This document shows, in pieces, positions 10,056 through 19,463 of a stretch of DNA of 63,650 nt. Source of the DNA: an uncultured Candidatus Saccharibacteria bacterium (GTDB taxonomy: Bacteria; Patescibacteriota; Minisyncoccia; Phycocordibacterales; CAIZLB01); assembly GCA_964627085.1 (NCBI GenBank), contig CAZVIP010000001.1, positions 104,114 to 167,763 of the forward strand, in the 5' to 3' direction. The translations under genes were made by a program, and so were the position numbers. Numbering within the stretch: the first letter of the stretch is position 1; each line of letters starts with the position of its first letter. The notes beneath the pieces are model-generated. The model did no database searches. It was not told where the DNA came from and worked only from the letters and a program-made list of their open reading frames with translations.

Positions 10056-12221
10056 ATGAGCCTGTCCACCCACAAACCTTCCATCAGCTTAATCGTTCCT
10101 TTGTATAATGATGAAAATACCGTTACTGTTGTGGTGTCCAAAGCCTTGAGGGTACTACCAGAAATTTCAAGTGATTTCGAGATTATTCTCATTGATGATG
10201 GTTCGCCTGATAATGTAGGTGCTATTGCAGACGAGCTAGCAATGGAACATTCATCTGTAAGGGTTATTCACCATGAGATTAATAAGGGGTATGGGGCGGC
10301 ATTGCATAGCGGTTTTGAGGCTAGTCGTATGGAATGGGTTTCTTCAGTTGATGGAGACGATGAATATGATGTCATGGATCTTAAGCGGTTGGCGCCTTTG
10401 ACTGCTGAATCTGACCTAATCATCACATTCAGACACATTAAACTCTATTCTTCATATCGCATTTTTATTTCATATGTATATAACAATGTGTTGCGACTGC
10501 TTTTTGGTACAAAATTTAAAGACATTAATACTGGTCTGCGTATGATGCGTAGATCTTTGTTCCTTGATATCAACCCTGTTGTAACCAGTCCTTTTTTCGG
10601 TGCCGAACTTGTAATCAAGTCAGCAATAAAAAAATATAAAGTAAAAGAGGTTGGAATAAATACTTACCCTAGGAAATTTGGGTCAGGATCAGCCACCTCA
10701 GTAAAAAACATTTTCGCCACAATTATAGATATGTTGAAGTTATTTTTTCAGACCACTAGGTGGGAGATTGCTTCATTTGTTGCCATGTCGATTATTTTTT
10801 TTGTAGCAGGGGTGGGTATGGCGTTGAATAAACCACTTTGGTTTGATGAGCTCGCAACTTGGCATATTGCCTTCTCGCCTTCCTTTGCTCATATTTGGAA
10901 GGCTCTATTGCAAGGTGCTGATGTTCAGCCTCCGTTATATTTTGCCCTAACAAAGGCGGTAAGTTTCATTTTTGGGACAAACTTATTTACCCTTATTCTC
11001 CCTGCACTAGTTGCATTTTGGGGATATGTTTCACTTCTGTATTTTTATGTGTCCAGAATCACAAGTAAGAGGGTGGGGGTGTATGCGGTATTGTTCGCTC
11101 TTCTCAATTTTAGTTATGCAATTCAGGCACGTCCGTATTCTTTTGTATTGTTATTTGGTATGGGTGCTTTGGTCTCTTGGGCATATGCGACGCGTGGGAT
11201 TTCTCGAAATACAACAATTTCACTGATGTGTATCTCCTTGTTCCTTGCGTTCCTGAGTCATTATTATGCATGTATTATCATAATCCCACTTGCACTTGGT
11301 GAATGTATTCGTTTTTGGAGGGATAGAAAAATAGACACAAAGATGGCCTTAGGGCTTGGCAGTAGTCTTGTGGCGTACCTCTTGTGTTTACCTATTATTC
11401 TTTCTGCGCAAAAGTATTCAGAACATTTCTGGGAGGACCCGCAGTCAACAATTTTCTCCGGATATAAATATTTTCTCGGTGAGCATTATTTTAATTGGGT
11501 CACAGGACTTGTCATTGTCTCAATTGCCATAATCTTTGTCTTTAAAAAGTACCTGAAGCGGGATATATATAAAGTGGATTTACAGGCTTCTACTTCGTTT
11601 AATTTGCATGAAAAGGTTGCGGTTGGTGTTTTCTGCTTTTCTCCAGTTTTTGTATACCTTCTTTCATTGGTGACAAATGCGAGCACTTCAAGATATTCCA
11701 TTGCCCTCTGCATTGGTTTTCCTATTGTTTTTGCTTATATTGTAGGGAGGATTTCTTTTCAGAATAAATGTTTGAATAGGGTGGTGATTACGGGAATTAC
11801 CATGTTTCTGATCTTTATCCCTGTTATTAAATCAAAGACCTTGTTTAATTATTTCACATGGCAATCAGAAAAAAACCAGCGCTGTGTACGGGCTATTTCT
11901 GAACTACCTGAATACCCTAAGGCAATTGCAATAACAAATCATTTCGATTTTACGATGCTATACCACTATGTATCACCTGCGGTACGTCAGAGACTATGGT
12001 ATCCAACAGATCGTGACGGGGAGTTGAAGTATAAGAAGGAAGACGCTGATTATCGAACACTCACTGGTTTGCGAGGTGTGTATTATCTACCTGTGATGGA
12101 CACGAAGCAATTTGTTCAATCGAATGAATCATTCTGGATGATGGGATACCCTCAGTGGATTGGTGATGTGCCAGGCTCAGATAAACAGATGAAATATATT
12201 TCAGAGTGTGGCGGTTACTAG
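10056..12221 (+). CDS. fusion of a GT2 polyprenol-phosphate glycosyltransferase (DPM1/ArnC/GtrB-like) with a GT-C (ArnT/PMT, GT39/83-like) membrane glycosyltransferase
   Basis: The N-terminus SLIVPLYNDE...ILIDDGSPDN...DGDDEYD matches GT2 DxD motifs. The C-terminal roughly 480 aa have more than 10 TM helices, with the first-loop motif WFDELATWH typical of GT-C enzymes. Confidence 0.7.
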   Translation: MSLSTHKPSISLIVPLYNDENTVTVVVSKALRVLPEISSDFEIILIDDGSPDNVGAIADELAMEHSSVRVIHHEINKGYGAALHSGFEASRMEWVSSVDGDDEYDVMDLKRLAPLTAESDLIITFRHIKLYSSYRIFISYVYNNVLRLLFGTKFKDINTGLRMMRRSLFLDINPVVTSPFFGAELVIKSAIKKYKVKEVGINTYPRKFGSGSATSVKNIFATIIDMLKLFFQTTRWEIASFVAMSIIFFVAGVGMALNKPLWFDELATWHIAFSPSFAHIWKALLQGADVQPPLYFALTKAVSFIFGTNLFTLILPALVAFWGYVSLLYFYVSRITSKRVGVYAVLFALLNFSYAIQARPYSFVLLFGMGALVSWAYATRGISRNTTISLMCISLFLAFLSHYYACIIIIPLALGECIRFWRDRKIDTKMALGLGSSLVAYLLCLPIILSAQKYSEHFWEDPQSTIFSGYKYFLGEHYFNWVTGLVIVSIAIIFVFKKYLKRDIYKVDLQASTSFNLHEKVAVGVFCFSPVFVYLLSLVTNASTSRYSIALCIGFPIVFAYIVGRISFQNKCLNRVVITGITMFLIFIPVIKSKTLFNYFTWQSEKNQRCVRAISELPEYPKAIAITNHFDFTMLYHYVSPAVRQRLWYPTDRDGELKYKKEDADYRTLTGLRGVYYLPVMDTKQFVQSNESFWMMGYPQWIGDVPGSDKQMKYISECGGY

Positions 12222-12245
12222 TTTTCATGCGAAGTTTTGAATTAG

Positions 12246-12281
12246 AAAAAAGAGCGACACATTTCTGTGTCGCTCTTTTTT
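12246..12281. terminator. bidirectional hairpin terminator between convergent genes
   Basis: aaaaa-agagcgacac-atttct-gtgtcgctct-ttttt. Confidence 0.6.
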
Positions 12282-12297
12282 CTAAACCTAGTGCAAA

Positions 12298-13923
12298 TTA
12301 TACGAATGTAAGTGCAGTACCAGTTGAGCCACCACGACCTGTTCGACCAATTCGGTGAACATAGTCATCGTGTGTCTGTGGGATTGTATAGTTAATGACA
12401 TGTGAAATGTCTTTGACATCAATACCTCGCGCCGCAACGTCTGTTGCAACAAGAATATTGATAGTGTTGTCTTTAAAGAATCCAAGAGCTCGCTGTCTTT
12501 CTCGCTGGCGTTTGTCACCATGGATTGATGCAGCCTTGAAACCAGCCTCACGAAGTGCGTCATAGAGTCTTTCTACATCAGCTTTTGTTTCACTGAAGAT
12601 GAGGACTTTCTTTACTTCTTCTTGTTTAAGGATTTGAATAAGGGTTTCAAGTTTCTTTGATCGGTCAGAGACTCGAACAATGTCTTGTTCTACGTTATCT
12701 GTAGTCTTTCCTGATTGGATTTCAACAAGCACAGGGTCATTGACGAACTTGCTGATCAAACTTCTGATTCGATCAGGCATAGTCGCAGAGAAGAAGAGTG
12801 ATTGTCTTTCTTTTGGAAGATTGCTCAAAATATCTGTGATTGGTTCAACGAATCCCATATCAAGCATGTGGTCAACCTCATCGAGTACAACGTTGTTGTA
12901 GATTTCGAAGTTGATAAATCGTCTGTCAGCAAGGTCCTGAATTCGTCCTGGTGTACCAATAACAAAATGAGGGTTTCTTCGTAGGTCCTGAATTTGTGTA
13001 TAAGCAGGAACTCCACCTACACAAATTGCTGAGAATAATTTGAGTCCTTTTGCAAAGATTCTAAATTCATCTTCAATCTGAATAGCAAGCTCACGAGTAG
13101 GGGCAAGGATAAGAACACTTTGGTTCTGTGGATCCTTTGCTACTTTTTCGATAAGTGGGAGCAAGAAGGCTGCTGTTTTACCAGTACCTGTATTTGCAAG
13201 ACCGATAATATCTTTGCCGGCCTGTACGTGCTTGATTGACTGATCCTGGATTGGACTTGGTGTGACATACCCTTTGTCTTCAAGGTTTTTCTGAATTTCA
13301 GGAATAAAGCCGAAGTCAGCGAATGAATGTTTGATGACAACAGTTTGTTTTGAAGGTCCGACAGCTTTTTTGATAAAGCGCGACACATCAATCTGCTCAC
13401 CTCTACCACCGCGACCTCTGCCTCCGCCGCTTCGTCCGCCCCTACCACCGTATCCACCGTGGCCACCACCAAAACCGCCACGACTCTGGTGTCCACCACC
13501 TTGCCATGCATTCTTTAATGTATAGCTTCCGCCGTGTACATATTCGTTTCTGTTTTGGAATCGATCATATGATTTAGCAGCTGGACTTCTAGGTGAACTA
13601 AAAGGTTTGTTGTATGAAGGTGCAGGTTTGTATGCGGGTGCACCATAAGATGGGGCTGGTTTATAAGCTGGTGCACTTTGTGGGGCGCCATATGAGCCAG
13701 ACCCAGAATTTGATCTAGGTGCATAAGACTGCTTTGGTGCATAACTTGAGCTTTTTGCTTGTTCTGCAAAACTACCAACATATCTAAATCCTGGTGTGCT
13801 TTTTGAATTATTTTTACCGCCGTAATTGTCAGATTTTGATGCTCCTGTACTTCGGCTATTGCTTGTGCCATATGGAGCCTGGAAACTCTGATCACGTGAC
13901 GGTTTTCTATTGTTAAATGCCAT
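12298..13923 (-). CDS. DEAD-box ATP-dependent RNA helicase with a roughly 185-aa N-terminal low-complexity / RGG extension
   Basis: Q motif (GYVTPSPIQ), motif I ANTGTGKTAAF, Ia PTRELA, II written DEVD (VLDEVDHM), III SAT, VI HRIGRTGRGG. The N-terminus has the tandem repeat APAYKPAPSYGAPAYKPAPSY and the run GGFGGGHGGYGGRGGRSGGGRGRGGRG. Confidence 0.9.
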   Translation of the reverse strand: MAFNNRKPSRDQSFQAPYGTSNSRSTGASKSDNYGGKNNSKSTPGFRYVGSFAEQAKSSSYAPKQSYAPRSNSGSGSYGAPQSAPAYKPAPSYGAPAYKPAPSYNKPFSSPRSPAAKSYDRFQNRNEYVHGGSYTLKNAWQGGGHQSRGGFGGGHGGYGGRGGRSGGGRGRGGRGEQIDVSRFIKKAVGPSKQTVVIKHSFADFGFIPEIQKNLEDKGYVTPSPIQDQSIKHVQAGKDIIGLANTGTGKTAAFLLPLIEKVAKDPQNQSVLILAPTRELAIQIEDEFRIFAKGLKLFSAICVGGVPAYTQIQDLRRNPHFVIGTPGRIQDLADRRFINFEIYNNVVLDEVDHMLDMGFVEPITDILSNLPKERQSLFFSATMPDRIRSLISKFVNDPVLVEIQSGKTTDNVEQDIVRVSDRSKKLETLIQILKQEEVKKVLIFSETKADVERLYDALREAGFKAASIHGDKRQRERQRALGFFKDNTINILVATDVAARGIDVKDISHVINYTIPQTHDDYVHRIGRTGRGGSTGTALTFV

Positions 13924-14465
13924 TTTGTTTATTTATTTTAAATTGAATTCGATTGTTTTGAAGGTGGTGTCTTGGTCTGGATAAACCAGAAAACACTACA
14001 AATAGTGGCTTTTCGTATATATAACGAAATTGGGTATGTTTGGCTTGCGCTTTGTCCCAGAATGAATATGCCCGTATTAAAGATAGGGTCAGTATTGCCG
14101 TGGAATATACCTTATTTTATAAAGATTTTATAAAATACGTAAGGTTTTTTTGGCAAAAAGATATATCTTTTGCTCTGATTTGCTTGGTATTATGGAAAAT
14201 ATGGCTTAAATAAAGCGTTTCCAATAATATAGTCTGAAAATAGAGTTCAAAACAATAGAAGGTTTCTAATGTTGTACACCTACTATTGCTAAATAGAACG
14301 TCGAAGAAAATCTGCTCTCCGGAAATCCTTTAGAACAATTTGAGCTGTATAAACATACATTAACACGAAATGTTGGGTTTTGCAAGGTTATATGATATGG
14401 TTGTATTTATAGGCGGGTAATACACATATATATAGAGCTGTTTCGAAAGATGCACCCTATATCCA

Positions 14466-15806
14466 ATGACACGCATACAAATACATATGGCAACAGCAAA
14501 AAAAGACCTCGCACCAAATATTAAAGAATATCTCAAAACAAATTGGGATCTTATTGTTATTGGTGGTGGTCCTGCCGGCATGATGTCAGCCATCGTCGCT
14601 GCAGAGAAGGGAAAAAAAGTCCTTATCTTGGAGAAAAATGAAAAACTAGGTAAAAAGCTCCTCATAACAGGCGGTGGTAGATGTAATATGACAAATGCCA
14701 CATTTGATGACCGCAATCTACTCAAGAAATATGGCCAAGCAGAACAATACCTATATTCCGCATTCTCACAATTTTCAGTCAAAGAAACGATTAATTTTTT
14801 TGAAAAAGAGGGCCTACACACAAAGACCGAAGCAGAGAACAGAGTCTTTCCAATAACAGATAAAGCTCAGTCAGTCTGGGATGTATTGGTTTACAAAATC
14901 AGATCACTATATATTCAAGTTGCGTCTAATACTGAGGTCACAGGTCTTTCTGCAGAAGATGGAGTAATTAGAGCTGTATCAATCAAGACAGGGATTGTGG
15001 GTGCAAAGACAACTGAAAAATTATTTGCAAAAAAAGTTATTGTCGCAACAGGTGGTTTATCACATCCAGAGACTGGTTCCACTGGAGATGGATTCAAATG
15101 GCTTGAAACATTGGGGCATAAGATTATAAAACCATCCGTGTCGCTCGTGCCAGTTGCTATACAAGATGCTTGGGTAAAGAAACTCCAAGGTGTCACACTA
15201 AGTGATATCAAATTAACAGTTGTCAGCGATGACTATTCAAAGAAAATAAAAAAACAAAAACCAGTAAAGGGGCGATTATTGTTTACACATTTTGGTATTA
15301 CAGGTCCGACTATTTTAAATATGAGCAAATCAATCGCAGATTTGCTAGAGCACAGTAGTGTGTATGTATATCTCGATATTATGCCCGAGCATGATCATGG
15401 GGAATTGAACTCTTTACTCCAAAAAATATTTGATGAAAATAAAAATAAGCAAATTAAGAATGCGCTCGCTGGCACAATTCATGTTGGCATAATTCAAACG
15501 GTGCTTGATTTTGCACAAATAAAATCTGAAACCATGTGTAATTCAGTGACAAGACAGATGAGAATGAATTTGATTGATGTCATTAAAGGGCTAAAAATGG
15601 AGGTAAAAGGCTTGCTCGGTGAAGACAAGGCTGTTGTCTCAAGTGGGGGTGTCGATATAAATGAAATTGATTTCAAAACTATGGAATCAAAAATTGTGAG
15701 TGGTTTATATCTCGTCGGTGATGTAATTAACATCGACAGACCATCAGGTGGTTATAGTTTGCAGCTTTGCTGGACTACAGGGTATGTTGCTGGAATGAAT
15801 GTGTAG
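14466..15806 (+). CDS. HI0933/YhiN/BaiN-family FAD-dependent flavoprotein
   Basis: VIGGGPAGMMSAIVAAEKGKKVLILEKNEKLGKKLLITGGGRCNMTN is the family signature. The C-terminus reads SGGYSLQLCWTTGYVAG. The start could also be the ATG at 14487. Confidence 0.8.
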   Translation: MTRIQIHMATAKKDLAPNIKEYLKTNWDLIVIGGGPAGMMSAIVAAEKGKKVLILEKNEKLGKKLLITGGGRCNMTNATFDDRNLLKKYGQAEQYLYSAFSQFSVKETINFFEKEGLHTKTEAENRVFPITDKAQSVWDVLVYKIRSLYIQVASNTEVTGLSAEDGVIRAVSIKTGIVGAKTTEKLFAKKVIVATGGLSHPETGSTGDGFKWLETLGHKIIKPSVSLVPVAIQDAWVKKLQGVTLSDIKLTVVSDDYSKKIKKQKPVKGRLLFTHFGITGPTILNMSKSIADLLEHSSVYVYLDIMPEHDHGELNSLLQKIFDENKNKQIKNALAGTIHVGIIQTVLDFAQIKSETMCNSVTRQMRMNLIDVIKGLKMEVKGLLGEDKAVVSSGGVDINEIDFKTMESKIVSGLYLVGDVINIDRPSGGYSLQLCWTTGYVAGMNV

Positions 15807-15904
15807 CATTTGCATACGCACCGTTGAGTTGTTTTGCGCGCGATTTAAAACAATGCTCAATATTCACACGTGCACGAATTAAAAAGGATTTTATTTTCAA
15901 AATA

Positions 15905-16657
15905 TTATTTCTCCAAACCTTTCCACAATACTTTAAATAATTTTTTCTGGAATTCTGCAATCATTTCATTCTCGATTGTAATAACAGAGTTTGAATTGTA
16001 GTCGATGAATGCGACTTTGTTTCCATAAATGACTTCGGATACATCGGTATCGAAGACGTTATATTCATCGGGTATGACACGAACTGATTTTCCAAGACTT
16101 TTGGTAAAGCCTGTGGCTGATTTTTTATCACTGATAATGAATCGCTCGAGGTTTTTTCTATTTCTTTTATGGCGAAAATCTTTTGGTAACAAATGTTCAC
16201 GGGCAACAGTTAGTCGTGGACTATATCTATAATATGTATCATTCGGTTTGAGGCTATCTACAATATCGCTGAACACTGCCGTGATTGATTTTTCACCCTC
16301 AGTAAAAGAGACGATGGGTCTTTTGCCTTTGGTTGTGTACATGGTATTTAGTTTGAAGATCTCAGAGTTAAATTCATCCTCAATTTCATTGAATAGATTT
16401 TCAAGTACTGCAGGAGATTTTGCTGAGTATTGTTTGTTTTTCCCTTTAGGAGTTATTTGTATGAGACCGATCCGTAGTAATTCGTCTATGGCGAGATATG
16501 TTGCAGGTCTATGAATACCTGTTTTGCGAACAATGTCAGAAGGGGATAAAGAGGTATATTCGAGCAGTGTCGTATAAATATGCTCACCGTGAGCACTGAG
16601 GCCGATCTTTTGTAATATCCCATGTCTATCCATGCTTATAGCTTTGGTTTTTTTCAT
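15905..16657 (-). CDS. TrmB-family transcriptional regulator
   Basis: N-terminal winged HTH (YTTLLEYTSLSPSDIVRKTGIHRPATYLAIDELLRIGLI) plus a roughly 150-aa effector-like C-terminal domain. It is a paralog of the gene at 59026..59817. Confidence 0.65.
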   Translation of the reverse strand: MKKTKAISMDRHGILQKIGLSAHGEHIYTTLLEYTSLSPSDIVRKTGIHRPATYLAIDELLRIGLIQITPKGKNKQYSAKSPAVLENLFNEIEDEFNSEIFKLNTMYTTKGKRPIVSFTEGEKSITAVFSDIVDSLKPNDTYYRYSPRLTVAREHLLPKDFRHKRNRKNLERFIISDKKSATGFTKSLGKSVRVIPDEYNVFDTDVSEVIYGNKVAFIDYNSNSVITIENEMIAEFQKKLFKVLWKGLEK

Positions 16658-16894
16658 ATGTATATATTTGTACTATATTAGTACAAATCTAGCCTGTCAA
16701 TCTAAATATCTATTTAAATAATGTGCGATAATTGGCTCTCTCAACCACTGATACTAGTACAAATTAGCGACTTTTCAGAGACAAGAACCCGCCCTAGCCA
16801 TATATTGAATACAGAAAGAGCACATACAGCAAGTTCTTTTGTAAACAATGCTGAATACACCAAACAAAAAACACAGGACGAAGTCCATAACAAT

Positions 16895-17887
16895 ATGAAA
16901 AAAAACACTTTAACCACAAAAACCCTCGACGCTGAAGTCATCGGGAGGTTGGCCCAAAAAATGGAAGACATGGTGAGAAAAGCTATCAGTATCATCCAGG
17001 CCAATGCTCACAATGTGAATCCGGTTTGGAAGCTTGGCTATAACCAAAATGCCGGCGATATACCAGATGACTTTGCTACACAGGGCGACTTTGAAGCCCA
17101 GGAAATGTATCACAGTGAGATAGTTGGTGACCCGCTCTGCGCAGGTTTTGGAATTTTGGGTGAGGAATCACTCAATGTGCCATGCACGCATCAGGATCAC
17201 GATGTCTATTTCACTATCGATCCACTCGATGGCACTAAGGCCTATTGGCGCAAACAGTCGCACGGTGTAGGGACGATGATTGCCTTGGTGGTAAACGATA
17301 TTGTCGTTGCTGTGTGCATTGGCGATGCAAATACAGGTGAAATATACTGTTATGCTATTGACCCGCTGCACCCCAGTGCATATATCGTTCCGCCGACTCG
17401 CATCAGATTCGGTGTGCGCGAAGCGCTTGTCCCTGAGGTGGAAACTGTCTTAGGTTGCAAGTATCTGCATTCGAGAGAGCCTTTGCACAAAATCAGTCCT
17501 GTTATTACAGGTATGGTATGTGGCAAAGGTGATGCGCCGATCTTGTTCAAGGACATTGCGGTTGACGGTGGAAGTATTGGAATTTGTGTTGCCAAGCTCT
17601 GGAAGGGTGAGGTCGGTGCAATTGCCATGCAGACATCTACGCATGAGACACCGTGGGACAGGACTCCGGTAATTGGTATGAATGAAGCCCTTGGTTATCT
17701 GACATTACGCACAGATGAAAACGGTCGCTTCACCCAGTTTGTGCAAAGTCCACAAAAGTATGTCATCAAGAATGCTTTGGGCAGCGGTCACGAGAGCGTG
17801 GATTTGATTATTCACAAGGATAATATCCCACAGCTCAATAGTTGGCTTGCAAGTTGTCAGATGCCGGAGATTAAACTCCTGGCGTAG
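16895..17887 (+). CDS. inositol-monophosphatase / CysQ-family phosphatase (candidate 3'-phosphoadenosine-5'-phosphate phosphatase)
   Basis: Metal-binding motifs ILGEES, FTIDPLDGTKAY and ETPWDRTP (WD motif). The start is an internal ATG preceded by an A-rich region; the upstream part of ORF 16721.. has no coding features. Confidence 0.65.
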   Translation: MKKNTLTTKTLDAEVIGRLAQKMEDMVRKAISIIQANAHNVNPVWKLGYNQNAGDIPDDFATQGDFEAQEMYHSEIVGDPLCAGFGILGEESLNVPCTHQDHDVYFTIDPLDGTKAYWRKQSHGVGTMIALVVNDIVVAVCIGDANTGEIYCYAIDPLHPSAYIVPPTRIRFGVREALVPEVETVLGCKYLHSREPLHKISPVITGMVCGKGDAPILFKDIAVDGGSIGICVAKLWKGEVGAIAMQTSTHETPWDRTPVIGMNEALGYLTLRTDENGRFTQFVQSPQKYVIKNALGSGHESVDLIIHKDNIPQLNSWLASCQMPEIKLLA

Positions 17888-17992
17888 GGCTCTTTGTAAG
17901 AAAAATATGTCTAGAACATATATTCAAAATTAATCCACCTGCCTCTGTTACGGAGGCGGGTGTTTTGTTTGTCATAGTGAGGTATTGCCTAT

Positions 17993-18826
17993 ATGATAAA
18001 GGTATATATGGAAAAGAAGTTTTACTTTGTCTCTGGTTTGCCTCGAAGCGGATCAACCTTGCTTATGAATATACTCGCTCAGAACCCACGTTTTGGTGTG
18101 AGTGCTACGAGCGGAATTATGGATATCATGTTTGGTGTCCGAAATAACTGGGATTCCTTGGTTGAATTCAAGGCGCATCCAGATGAGGCTGCAAAAAAAC
18201 GTGTCATCAAGGGTATTTTGGAGAATTATTATGCGACAAGTGACAAACCGGTTGTGTTCGACAAGTCGAGAGGTTGGCTCTCTTTGATCCAAATGTATGA
18301 GTATATTTTTGAAAAAGAGGCCAAAATAATTGTACCTGTGCGTGATATGAGAGATGTGGTCGCGAGTTTCGAAAAACTCTGGAGAGCAAATTCAATGAAT
18401 ACTCAAATACCACAGGAGTCACAGTTTTATTTCGATTTTCAATCTGTCGAGGGGAGGGTAAAAGTGTGGTTACGTCCCGATCAACCTGTTGGGCTTGCAT
18501 ACAATAGAATTGTTGATGCGATTAAGCGGGGTTTTTCAGATAGATTGTTTTTTGTTCGATTCGAAGATTTGACCACTAAACCAAAGGAAACGATGGAGAA
18601 AATATATGCTTTTTTGGATGAGCCAGATTTTGAACATGACTTTAATACTGTAAAGCAGGTGACATGGGAAGATGATGAGGTGCACGGAATCAAAGGTTTG
18701 CATGATATTCGCCAAAAAGTTGAGCCAATCGAATCAAGTTGGAAAAAAACTCTTGGTCCGTTTGCGAAAGATATTGGCAATTTAAACTTTTGGGATACTG
18801 GCAATAGTCCAAATGGAATTTCTTGA
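17993..18826 (+). CDS. PAPS-dependent sulfotransferase-family protein
   Basis: FVSGLPRSGSTLL matches the 5'-PSB loop and IIVPVRDMRDVVASF matches the 3'-PB region. Size is about 275 aa. Confidence 0.7.
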   Translation: MIKVYMEKKFYFVSGLPRSGSTLLMNILAQNPRFGVSATSGIMDIMFGVRNNWDSLVEFKAHPDEAAKKRVIKGILENYYATSDKPVVFDKSRGWLSLIQMYEYIFEKEAKIIVPVRDMRDVVASFEKLWRANSMNTQIPQESQFYFDFQSVEGRVKVWLRPDQPVGLAYNRIVDAIKRGFSDRLFFVRFEDLTTKPKETMEKIYAFLDEPDFEHDFNTVKQVTWEDDEVHGIKGLHDIRQKVEPIESSWKKTLGPFAKDIGNLNFWDTGNSPNGIS

Positions 18827-18925
18827 GTATAATACAAGTATCAGATCATAAATTTGGTAGGTGAATTGTTTTTGTAATTTTTTCATTACAACCATGGTCT
18901 CCATTATTCAAATAATTTAATTCAA

Positions 18926-19462
18926 ATGCCTGAATACAACGAACAAGTAGTTAAACGATCTTCAAAAAAATCTTGGTTAAAGATCTTTATTATATTACTC
19001 ATCACTCACCTTGCTGTGGGTTTTGGTGGGTGGAAAATCGGAAGTGATGCAAAGAAAGTTCAAGTCACAGGACTCGTCACAGAGTTAAGTGCAAAAGACG
19101 TCGCTGCGTACGTAAAAAAAGTTTCTGCTCTAATGGCTGTACCTAAATCAGAGACACCAAAAGTTGTGGTGCTCAACAATGTAGACGAAATCGCAAAACA
19201 ACAACCATTTTTTATTGGGGCAAAAAATGGAGATGTTTTCCTTGTCTACAACGAGAGCAAGAAGGCGATAATATACCGACCAAGCGAAAATTTGATAATT
19301 AATGTCGGTCCGGTGTATGGAGAGCCTGAAAAAAAGCAACCCGAGCAAGTACAGAATAGTACAACTCCTCCAGCTCAGGATAATGACAGTGCAAGTACAA
19401 ACACAGGCTCTGAACAGAAAAAAACAACCGAAGCCACTTCTACAAAATCAATAAAAAATTAG
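18926..19462 (+). CDS. membrane-anchored hypothetical protein
   Basis: N-terminal TM (WLKIFIILLITHLAVGFGGW) and a Ser/Thr/Gln-rich C-terminus. The next gene starts 2 nt after its stop. Confidence 0.5.
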   Translation: MPEYNEQVVKRSSKKSWLKIFIILLITHLAVGFGGWKIGSDAKKVQVTGLVTELSAKDVAAYVKKVSALMAVPKSETPKVVVLNNVDEIAKQQPFFIGAKNGDVFLVYNESKKAIIYRPSENLIINVGPVYGEPEKKQPEQVQNSTTPPAQDNDSASTNTGSEQKKTTEATSTKSIKN

Positions 19463-19463
19463 C

